A DNA stretch of 32,000 nt from Candidatus Baldrarchaeota archaeon (GTDB taxonomy: Archaea > Asgardarchaeota > Baldrarchaeia > Baldrarchaeales > DXJG01). Location of the stretch: the NCBI GenBank assembly GCA_019056805.1, contig DXJG01000002.1:7855-39854 (forward strand), written 5' to 3'. Positions 23,533 through 31,008 of the stretch are shown here, piece by piece. A model generated the notes under the pieces. The model ran no database searches, was not told the DNA's origin, and worked only from the letters and a program-made list of their open reading frames with translations. Within the stretch, counting starts at the first letter, position 1. Each line of letters starts with the position of its first letter. The position numbers were made by a program, and so were the translations under genes.

Positions 23533-24312
23533 ATGAAGGTTCACGTTTACGACTTGGAAGCTAAACCAGTAGAAGAAATAGCATTACCGCGTGTATTTAC
23601 AACTCCGTTCAGACCAGATCTTATAAGACGAGCAGTAATATCCTCTATTTCGATGCGTATACAGCCCTACGGAGTTGATAAAATGGCTGGCAAACGTACA
23701 ACAGCGGAATCATGGGGACCCGGATACGGTGTAGCCAGAGTTCCGAGAATTAAGGGAAGACATTACCCTGCGGCAGCACGCGCAGCTCTTGCTCCCATGA
23801 CAGTTGGAGGTAGGAGGACTCATCCTCCAGTCCCAGAAAAGAAAATTAAAGAAAAAATAAACAAAAAAGAAAAAAGACTAGCATTATTTTCAGCTATAGC
23901 TGCAACCGCGATTCCAGAAATAGTTAAAGCACGCGGCCACATTATTGATCAAATACCCGAACTTCCACTAATCGTATCGGATGAACTTCAAAAACTCCAA
24001 GAAACAAAAGAAACAAGAGAAGTATTTATTAAATTAGGGATTTGGCCAGACATTATTAGAGCTAAGAACAGAAAAAGAATAAGAGCAGGAAAAGGAAAAA
24101 TGCGTGGAAGAAAATATAAAAAAGCCAAGGGCCCATTAATTGTTATAAGTGAAGATGAAGGTATTTTAAAAGCCGCCAGAAATCATCCAGGTGTTGATAT
24201 TATTCGTGTAGACTTACTTAACGTAGAACTCTTAGCACCAGGAGCTCATCCCGGCCGATTAACCATATGGACAAAATCTGCAATTGAACAACTAAACAAC
24301 CTTCGACTATAG
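23533..24312 (+). CDS. rpl4: Ribosomal protein uL4
   Basis: About 259 aa with [14 protein letters not shown] and [12 protein letters not shown]. The track gives TTG 23530; ATG 23533 has better spacing from the G-rich SD. Confidence 0.95.
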   Translation: MKVHVYDLEAKPVEEIALPRVFTTPFRPDLIRRAVISSISMRIQPYGVDKMAGKRTTAESWGPGYGVARVPRIKGRHYPAAARAALAPMTVGGRRTHPPVPEKKIKEKINKKEKRLALFSAIAATAIPEIVKARGHIIDQIPELPLIVSDELQKLQETKETREVFIKLGIWPDIIRAKNRKRIRAGKGKMRGRKYKKAKGPLIVISEDEGILKAARNHPGVDIIRVDLLNVELLAPGAHPGRLTIWTKSAIEQLNNLRL

Positions 24313-24323
24313 GAGGTTTATTT

Positions 24324-24590
24324 ATGGAATTTGATCCACACAAAGTAATTATAGCTCCAGTAGTTACCGAAGCAGCATTGGAACTCGTAGAAAATGAAAA
24401 CAAACTTACATTCATAGTTGACCGAAGGGCCAACAAAATAACTATCAAGAGAGCAGTTGAAGAACTCTTTAAGGTTAAAGTAGAGAAAGTAAATACATTA
24501 ATAACACCTGATGGTCGTAAGAAAGCATATGTTAAATTAAGTCCTGAGTACAGTGCAGCTGATATTGCAACCAAACTTGGTATTTTCTAA
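24324..24590 (+). CDS. rpl23: Ribosomal protein uL23
   Basis: 88 aa, [44 protein letters not shown], in the conserved operon position. Confidence 0.95.
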   Translation: MEFDPHKVIIAPVVTEAALELVENENKLTFIVDRRANKITIKRAVEELFKVKVEKVNTLITPDGRKKAYVKLSPEYSAADIATKLGIF

Positions 24591-24606
24591 TTGGAGGTAA
24601 TTAAAC

Positions 24607-25335
24607 ATGGGTAAAAGAATTCTTGTTCAAAGAAGAGGACGTGGAAGCCCTACATTTAGGGCAAATACTCACAAGCGAAGAGGAAAAGTTAAATATCGTC
24701 CACTTTCAGATGTAGAAAGTAAAGGTAAAATTGCGGGTAGAATAATCGAACTTCTTCATGATCCTGGACGAGGAGCTCCTGTCGCACGCGTAATGTTTGA
24801 AGATGGAGACGAAAGACTTGTTCTTGTACCAGAAGGATCTTATGTAGGTCAACTTATAGAATGTGGAATCGAAGCACCGATAAAACCTGGAAATGTACTC
24901 CCTCTTGCTCAAATTCCTGAGGGAACTATCGTGTGCAATATTGAAGGAGTTCCTGGAGATGGCGGAAAATTCGCCAGAGCATCAGGAACTTACGGCATAG
25001 TCGTCACACATACCGTTGATAAAACATATGTCCAGCTTCCTTCTGGTAAAGTAAAAGCTTTCAACCCAGCGTGCAGAGCGACAATAGGGCTTGTCGCTGG
25101 AGGAGGAAGAACAGAAAAACCTTTCGTCAAGGCAGGTAAAAAATATCATCTGGTGAAAGCCAAAGGATGGAAGTGGCCAATAGTGAGAGGCGTAGCTATG
25201 AACGCATGTTCACATCCGCATGGTGGTGGCAGCCATCAATCACCAGGCAAACCAACAACAGTACCCAGAACAGCCCCTCCAGGCAGAAAAGTCGGTCACA
25301 TAGCTGCTCGTAGAACTGGAAGGAAGAAGAGGTAA
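24607..25335 (+). CDS. rpl2: Ribosomal protein uL2
   Basis: 242 aa with [22 protein letters not shown] and [16 protein letters not shown]. Confidence 0.97.
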   Translation: MGKRILVQRRGRGSPTFRANTHKRRGKVKYRPLSDVESKGKIAGRIIELLHDPGRGAPVARVMFEDGDERLVLVPEGSYVGQLIECGIEAPIKPGNVLPLAQIPEGTIVCNIEGVPGDGGKFARASGTYGIVVTHTVDKTYVQLPSGKVKAFNPACRATIGLVAGGGRTEKPFVKAGKKYHLVKAKGWKWPIVRGVAMNACSHPHGGGSHQSPGKPTTVPRTAPPGRKVGHIAARRTGRKKR

Positions 25336-25364
25336 TTTTTACTTTTGAAATTCTTTCTACTTTT
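25336..25364 (+). terminator. Cluster of oligo-T runs directly after the rpl2 stop
   Basis: TTTTT (25336-25340), TTTT (25343-25346) and TTTT (25361-25364). The r-protein operon ends here instead of continuing to rps19. Confidence 0.35.
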
Positions 25365-25409
25365 AAAGTTTAAGTATTATTGAGATATTTCAGATATATT
25401 CCCAAGCTA

Positions 25410-25417
25410 TTTATAAT
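25410..25417 (+). promoter_or_regulatory. Candidate TATA box (TTTATAAT) for the RHH-ftsZ unit
   Basis: Lies 46-53 nt upstream of ATG 25463. A transcription start about 25 nt downstream would leave a short leader carrying SD GGAGGT (25452-25457). Confidence 0.4.
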
Positions 25418-25462
25418 ACCACTCTCTCTTCTTTTTCAGCTAAAATTGAATGGAGGTCTTCA

Positions 25463-25630
25463 ATGAAACTAATTACTGTACACTTGCCTGAAGCTTACCT
25501 TAAGGGATTAGACAAACTAGTTAAACGTAGAATGTACCCAAATCGCAGCGAAGCAATCAGAATAGCCATCAGAGATCTTTTAAAAAGAGAACTTTGGGAA
25601 CAGGTCAAACTATGGGGGGATAGACTTTGA
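25463..25630 (+). CDS. cdrS: Small ribbon-helix-helix (CopG family) DNA-binding protein, CdrS-like; not in the supplied ORF track
   Basis: My own translation gives 55 aa: MKLITVHLPEAYLKGLDKLVKRRMYPNRSEAIRIAIRDLLKRELWEQVKLWGDRL. The pattern is beta-strand ITVHLP, then helix, then SEAIRIAIRDLL, which is the RHH fold. SD GGAGGT lies 5 nt upstream. The stop TGA (25628-25630) overlaps the ftsZ TTG start (25627). Confidence 0.75.
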   Translation: MKLITVHLPEAYLKGLDKLVKRRMYPNRSEAIRIAIRDLLKRELWEQVKLWGDRL

Positions 25631-26829
25631 AAACGTTAATAAAAGATGCCCTAAATCATTCTAAAGTAGAAAAAACCAGAACATATGTAAGAGAGCCTGG
25701 AAGAGCCAGAATAGTCGTCGTAGGAGCTGGTGGTGCAGGAAATAACACAGTAAACAGATTGATGACAATCGGCATACAAGGTGCCGAGTGTATAGCAGTA
25801 AATACCGATAAACAACATTTAGATAGTGTAAAGGCCCACAGAAAAATTTTGATAGGCGAAAACCTCACAAGAGGTCTTGGAGCTGGAGGATTCCCCGAAA
25901 TCGGTGCAGCGGCTGCAGAAGAAAGTCGAGACATGCTTACTGAAGCTTTAAGCGACTCTGATTTGGTCTTTATAACCTACGGGCTCGGAGGCGGAACTGG
26001 AACTGGAAGTGGTCCAATAATAGCTGAAATAGCAAAGGAAATAGGAGCTATAGTTGTAGGAGTCGTCACAATGCCATTTAAGGTTGAACGCGCACGGATA
26101 AAAAGAGCAAAAGAGGGACTAAGAAAATTAATTAGAAAAGCAGATACTGTTGTAGTTATTGATAATAATCGTTTATTAGAAATAGCGCCAGATTTACCTA
26201 TTGATGAAGCGTTTAGTGTTGCCGATGAAATACTGGCAAATATGGTAAAAGGAATCACAGAGACTATTGCCTTGCCTTCTCTAATAAACCTTGATTATGC
26301 TGACGTAAGAACCATTATGAGTAACGGTGAAGTTGCAATGGTAGGCTTAGGTGAAAGTAGTGGTCATGATCGGGCAAAGGAAGCTGTTATTGATGCGTTA
26401 CAAAATCCTCTTTTAGATATAGATATAACTGGCGCCAAAGGAGCACTTATTCATGTAAGTGGCGGGCCTGATATGAGTTTACGAGAAGCTGAGAGATGTG
26501 CTGAGATAGTAGTTGAAAAAATGGATCCAAATGCACAAATCATTTGGGGAGCCAGGGTAGACCCACATCTAGAAGATTTATTACGTGTCATTCTCATAGT
26601 TACAGGTGTTAAAAGCCCTCACTTACTCGGTCCTAATGATGGTGGTAATTTAGAGCTTTTTGAGGAAGAGTTCGGAGGATTAGAAGAGGACTTATACTTT
26701 GGTATGCCTGGAAAAGCTGAAATTAAAAGCTTTAGTGATGTTAGAGCTCTATTAGATGGGAAAAAACCATCGCTTGCATTAAAAGAAGGAAAGCTAGACT
26801 TGAAGAAACTAGTGGACCCTTTGGATTAA
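25627..26829 (+). CDS. ftsZ: Cell division GTPase FtsZ
   Basis: 400 aa with the tubulin signature GLGGGTGTGSGP, plus VVGAGGAGNN and NTDKQHL. TTG start with G-rich SD GGGGGGA 6 nt upstream. Confidence 0.95.
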   Translation: MKTLIKDALNHSKVEKTRTYVREPGRARIVVVGAGGAGNNTVNRLMTIGIQGAECIAVNTDKQHLDSVKAHRKILIGENLTRGLGAGGFPEIGAAAAEESRDMLTEALSDSDLVFITYGLGGGTGTGSGPIIAEIAKEIGAIVVGVVTMPFKVERARIKRAKEGLRKLIRKADTVVVIDNNRLLEIAPDLPIDEAFSVADEILANMVKGITETIALPSLINLDYADVRTIMSNGEVAMVGLGESSGHDRAKEAVIDALQNPLLDIDITGAKGALIHVSGGPDMSLREAERCAEIVVEKMDPNAQIIWGARVDPHLEDLLRVILIVTGVKSPHLLGPNDGGNLELFEEEFGGLEEDLYFGMPGKAEIKSFSDVRALLDGKKPSLALKEGKLDLKKLVDPLD

Positions 26830-26969
26830 CCACTCAGATTTCCGATACTAAACAAGCATAACAACTATATAATGACAATTATTTGTATAAATAAATCTTC
26901 ATGGCTTTTAGAATATACATTCATTATATGTAACTAGTAACTTCTTAACATTTAGGAGCATATGTATTC

Positions 26970-27401
26970 TTATTTTTTCATCTCTTCTATGAATTCATCG
27001 TATATTCGTTTTACTCTTTCAGCCAGCGGGCCTTCTCCTTCTACTCCATTTTCTGTAACTTTTATTTTATTAAATACAAGGATTATTCCAGCCTCCTCAA
27101 GGATTTTTACTGCTCCTTTCTGTGGAAATACTTTTTCTAGCTTTTGTGCAAGAGCCTTGAGATTAAATGGTTCCTCAGCCTCTATTATTTCTGCAACGTT
27201 ATGACCATATATGAATACTTTATGGTAGGTGTTTCCCTCGCTATCTTTTACATCCGATAAACATAAACTCAAACTCTTGTCATCATATCCCTCAAATTTT
27301 CCAGTGTACCTTTTTCCTGAAACAGTAATTACGTTTACATGTGTTCCAAGCATTGTTGCAAGTTCTTTAAAGAATCTTCTAGTTATAGCACTATCTATCA
27401 T
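26970..27401 (-). CDS. Sm-like (LSm) domain protein with a C-terminal extension (SmAP3-like architecture)
   Basis: 143 aa. The N-terminal Sm fold pattern is LGTHVNVITVSGKRYTGKFEGYDDKSLSLCLSDV...KVFIYGHNVAEI, followed by about 65 aa of an extra domain. Confidence 0.65.
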   Translation of the reverse strand: MIDSAITRRFFKELATMLGTHVNVITVSGKRYTGKFEGYDDKSLSLCLSDVKDSEGNTYHKVFIYGHNVAEIIEAEEPFNLKALAQKLEKVFPQKGAVKILEEAGIILVFNKIKVTENGVEGEGPLAERVKRIYDEFIEEMKK

Positions 27402-27946
27402 GTGAAATACCTCCTTTTGTTTTAATTGAGTAATTCAACAGTGTTAATTATTTTTACATTAATAACACTTACTCACTGCAGGGTAAGAAACTGTTAATTA
27501 TGAAGCTTTTTCTTTAAACTAATAAATTTGATTGAAAGATGTCTTTGTGAATATTGATAAAAGTAAGAAAGAAATACTGAAACATATTTTGACACAGTTC
27601 TTTTACATGTATCAAATAACAAAAAGGAAAATGAGTACCCTTTTCATTAGGTTATTCATTAATACAGAAGTTTTGAAAAATTTCTATTAACCTTTCTCTT
27701 TTAATTGTTAGAAAATATTGACGATTATTTCTTTCATAAGTAATGTGAAGTCGTGGAGATTTTCAGTAATTGTTGAAATTTATTCTTATAATTTTCTTTA
27801 CTTTCAAGAAACTCTCTTTCTCCTCTTTCATATGTTTTTCTAATTTATGGCCATGAAGGTTAAACAGAAACTAGTTTCGTTTAATACTTATAGTTGGTAT
27901 CAAAAAGACAGAAAAATCGGTTTTTTAATCTTATTTTGGGCTAAAA

Positions 27947-28987
27947 ATGAAGAAAGATAGAATATCTTGCTTCGAGTGTAAAGGTGAAGTTGTTATTCAC
28001 AATGGTCAGTATGTCTGCTCAAATTGTGGACTAGTTATTGGACCGGAGTACCTTCCCCCTATTGTAGAGTTTAGTTCCACGGAGGATAGTTTAGGTATTT
28101 CTTCTAAACAATATGTATCACTCGGATCCCGAGTTCACATAGTAGATGGATTAGGAAGCTACATAGATTATCATATGACTCCATTTTTTAAAGACAGTCA
28201 TGGCGAGTCTCTTGTTCCATTCAAACAACGTCTATTTAGAAGGCTAAAATATATGTACGACTTAAGAACAAGGATTAGCGGGAATGAAACTAATTACAGA
28301 GCATTAAGGACTTTAAACAGGGCGTGTCGTGTCCTTCAATTGCCAGATTCTGTAAGAGACAGAGCAGCATATTATTATCAAAAAATTTCCAAAAAATATG
28401 ATAAATTAAAAGAAGATTCAACGAATCATATAGTTCTTGCAGCTGCATGTCTTCTTTTTGCTATAAGAGAATATAAGCACATAGCTCCCGTGACAATCCA
28501 AGAGTTAGTTGAAGTTTTTAAAAACATGGGACATCGCGTAAGCGTACGTCGTGTAGTCAGAGAAATCACCGTTGTGAAAAAGATAGTAAACGCAAAGAAT
28601 TACGTAAGAAAAAGCGAAGATTATATTTACAGAATTATCTCAGCGATTATAAATTCGAAAGATGTGATCATGCAACTACAATCCCTAAACATTCCTTATG
28701 ACCATTTTAAACGATTACTATTAAAAGAAACACTAAAACTGCTTCGAAGTCTAAATTTCTCTATCCGAAAAGGACGGAATCCTTACATACTAGCCGTTGC
28801 TTCAGTCTATGCAGCATCTAAGAAAATATCATCCCAATTAGGCACTAAACGGATTCTAACTCAAAAACTTGTAGCAAAACTCTCCGGAGTTGCTGAATAT
28901 AGTGTCAGAGATCATTATTGCTCTCTTTTAAAGAAAATTATAGAAAAGCAAGGAGACAATAAACTTGAAGCCAGACCAATTCAATAA
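27947..28987 (+). CDS. Divergent transcription factor B (TFB/TFIIB) paralog
   Basis: 346 aa. The N-terminal Zn ribbon is CFEC-x12-CSNC. Two cyclin-like repeats follow: ALRTLNRACRVLQLPDSVRDRAAYYYQKI...LAAACLLFAIRE, and RNPYILAVASVYAASK...TQKLVAKLSGVAEYSVRDHY. The canonical GPEWRAF-type B-reader/linker sequence is absent. Confidence 0.8.
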   Translation: MKKDRISCFECKGEVVIHNGQYVCSNCGLVIGPEYLPPIVEFSSTEDSLGISSKQYVSLGSRVHIVDGLGSYIDYHMTPFFKDSHGESLVPFKQRLFRRLKYMYDLRTRISGNETNYRALRTLNRACRVLQLPDSVRDRAAYYYQKISKKYDKLKEDSTNHIVLAAACLLFAIREYKHIAPVTIQELVEVFKNMGHRVSVRRVVREITVVKKIVNAKNYVRKSEDYIYRIISAIINSKDVIMQLQSLNIPYDHFKRLLLKETLKLLRSLNFSIRKGRNPYILAVASVYAASKKISSQLGTKRILTQKLVAKLSGVAEYSVRDHYCSLLKKIIEKQGDNKLEARPIQ

Positions 28988-30533
28988 TTTATCCAAAGAT
29001 CAGATTTTAGATCAATATACGGTGGGACCCTACATTGTAACCATACTATCAACTAGCGATCGGAGTTTCCACAATATGTATACTTATTCTTCAATTCTTG
29101 AATTATCTCCCTCCCTAAAAGGTATATTTTACCTAACAGTCCAACACCTTGTGTCTAGTGGAGAGTCAATATCTTCCTTGCTATTTGACCAAATTTTAGC
29201 TGACAAGATAGAAACAGCAAAACTTTTTATAAAAAACACCAAAATTCAACTCTCAAATGACATTATTCAGAAATTAGCCGAACTTTCAACATTTAAATCT
29301 ATGAATTTAGAGAAATTATTTCCTTTTTTACTTGACGAAAATATAGAAGAAATTTTTCTTGATTCCCTTAGTTCCCCAATTTATTTAGATCACAGAAAAT
29401 GGGGAAGGTGTCTAACAGATACCTACCTTTCCGAACGAGAGCTTGAAAGTTTTATTACTCTAATAAGAGCTAACAGTGGGTACAGACTTGATACAACAAA
29501 CCCTTCATTAAAAACAGAATTAATTACAAAACGCTTTCATGTTAGAGTATCACTTGATATACATCCATTAGTTGTTGACAAAGTTCATTTAGATATTAGA
29601 AAAGTTAGAAGAAAAGTCTTTACCCTACCAGAATTGATTGCCAATGGAACAATTTCTCCTGACATCTGTGCGTACGTTTATTTTTGTTTGCTACGTAGAA
29701 GAAATATCACTGTAACAGGAGAACCAGGAGCTGGGAAGACTACTCTAATAAATGCTTTTGACATTCTGACTCCACCTGATTGGAGAAAAATAACAATAGA
29801 AGATGTTATCGAAAGTATTCCACAACTTAAATACGGGAAACACCAAGTAAGATTTAAGGTGGAACCATACGAAGAAGGCGAGAAAAAATATAGCAAATCA
29901 AGTGAAATAATTAAATTGTTACACAGATCTCCAGACTACATCTACTTGGGAGAAATCCAAACAAAAGAACATAGTAAAGCTATGTTTCACGCTTTAAGTG
30001 CAGGTTTAACAGGTCTGCAAACCTGTCATTCAGCAGGTCCTGAGGACCTGCTATTACGTTGGCTTTTTCATCATAAAATTCCGATAATAGCGTTTCAATC
30101 ACTTGATATAATTATTCATACCAAAAGGATTAAAATCAACGGAAAATATGTTAGGCGAATTATCCGAGTTTGCGAGTTGGATATGCCTAAAAAGGTAAAA
30201 TTCAACCTCAATCTTCACGAAATACGTATAATTGATATATTTAAGTGGAATCCTGCCACGGATATCCATGAACAATACTTCGATGATCTATATAACACAC
30301 CAACGATTCAAAAAATTAGGAAATACGAAAAATTGGATAAAAAGCAATTTTACAACGAAATAGAAATGCTTTACAACATTTTTAAGATATTAGCTGAAAG
30401 AAAAATCTTTGATGTAACAAAAATAGTTAAGTTTTTTGATTATATTAATAGAGTACATGCAAAATGGAGAAGAAGAGAAGCAGACTTAGAACAAATATTA
30501 TCCAAGTTTTTCAAAGCGAATATTGTGGTTTAA
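28965..30533 (+). CDS. Type IV filament / secretion ATPase (ArlI/FlaI/PilB/TadA superfamily)
   Basis: 522 aa. TTG start 8 nt after SD AAGGAGA, overlapping the TFB-like gene by 23 nt. Motifs are Walker A GEPGAGKTT, Asp box ITIEDVIES, Walker B SPDYIYLGEIQ and His box LQTCHS. The C-terminal IFKWNPATD...region resembles archaeal FlaI/PilB-type ATPases. Confidence 0.85.
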   Translation: MKPDQFNNLSKDQILDQYTVGPYIVTILSTSDRSFHNMYTYSSILELSPSLKGIFYLTVQHLVSSGESISSLLFDQILADKIETAKLFIKNTKIQLSNDIIQKLAELSTFKSMNLEKLFPFLLDENIEEIFLDSLSSPIYLDHRKWGRCLTDTYLSERELESFITLIRANSGYRLDTTNPSLKTELITKRFHVRVSLDIHPLVVDKVHLDIRKVRRKVFTLPELIANGTISPDICAYVYFCLLRRRNITVTGEPGAGKTTLINAFDILTPPDWRKITIEDVIESIPQLKYGKHQVRFKVEPYEEGEKKYSKSSEIIKLLHRSPDYIYLGEIQTKEHSKAMFHALSAGLTGLQTCHSAGPEDLLLRWLFHHKIPIIAFQSLDIIIHTKRIKINGKYVRRIIRVCELDMPKKVKFNLNLHEIRIIDIFKWNPATDIHEQYFDDLYNTPTIQKIRKYEKLDKKQFYNEIEMLYNIFKILAERKIFDVTKIVKFFDYINRVHAKWRRREADLEQILSKFFKANIVV

Positions 30534-30567
30534 ATATTGAAATAATCACTAATTAAGGGATATTGAA

Positions 30568-30783
30568 ATGAAAAAAGAACTATTGAACATAACTCGATTG
30601 CTAAAGGATGAAAAAGCTTCACCTTTAATCGAAGAAGGATTACTTATAGGTTTATCCCTAATAATAATAGCTATAATTGTAGGAATCGTACTACGTACTA
30701 TGGGGTGGACCCAAGATATTTTTAACTCTATTTTAGAACAACTTGAAGAAATCAAAAAATCTATATCCCAAATGTTCAGTTAA
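30568..30783 (+). CDS. Flp-like type IV prepilin (small, class III signal peptide)
   Basis: 71 aa: MKKELLNITRLLKDEKA|SPLIEEGLLIGLSLIIIAIIVGIV.... This resembles the bacterial Flp motif (e.g. Caulobacter PilA, as I recall it: RFLKDESGATAIEYGLIVALIAV). It has K-A at -2/-1, Glu at +5, and then a hydrophobic helix. SD AAGGGA upstream. Confidence 0.65.
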   Translation: MKKELLNITRLLKDEKASPLIEEGLLIGLSLIIIAIIVGIVLRTMGWTQDIFNSILEQLEEIKKSISQMFS

Positions 30784-30810
30784 ACCAAAAATTAGAGTTT
30801 TCTGGGTAAT

Positions 30811-30949
30811 TGGTGCCGCGGCCGGGATTTATCCACACTCGAGGTAAGCTCGAGTGTTTTGAACCCGGGTCCAGGGCTCGAATGACCTGAGGGTTGCTAT
30901 TCAACTCCTCATGAGGCCCCGATGCTTGGCCGGGCTACACCACCGCGGC
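30811..30949 (-). tRNA. tRNA with CAU anticodon (elongator Met or Ile2) carrying two introns (31 nt at 37/38, 30 nt in the T-loop); CCA encoded
   Basis: The minus strand folds as follows. Acceptor stem GCCGCGG/CCGCGGC. D-arm GTGT-AGCCCGGCCAA-GCAT. Anticodon arm GGGGC-CTCATG[30879-30909]A-GCCCT. T-arm CCGGG-TTCAAA[about 30828-30857]T-CCCGG. Discriminator A, then CCA. Mature length is 78 nt. G1:C72 argues against an initiator. Confidence 0.85.
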
Positions 30950-31008
30950 ACAAACTAAATTTTAAACAGTGATCAAATAAACCTTTTGTTAGATAAGGTA
31001 ATTTTATA

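Noticed and set aside
26962-27204. 80-aa plus-strand ORF opposite the Sm-like gene
   Set aside because: It is antisense to an ORF with a recognisable Sm fold, and its Ser/Phe-rich translation has no motif.
27402-30949. Integrated mobile element or virus inserted at tRNA-CAU carrying the TFB-ATPase-pilin genes
   Set aside because: There is no integrase, transposase or Rep gene. I saw no duplication of the tRNA 3' or 5' segment in 27402-27946 that could serve as an att site. By eye the composition is similar to the surrounding genes.
30811-30949. Initiator tRNA-Met assignment
   Set aside because: Pair 1:72 is G:C rather than the A:U typical of archaeal initiators, and the anticodon stem lacks the three consecutive G:C pairs ending at 31:39. 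It is therefore called elongator Met or Ile2(CAU).
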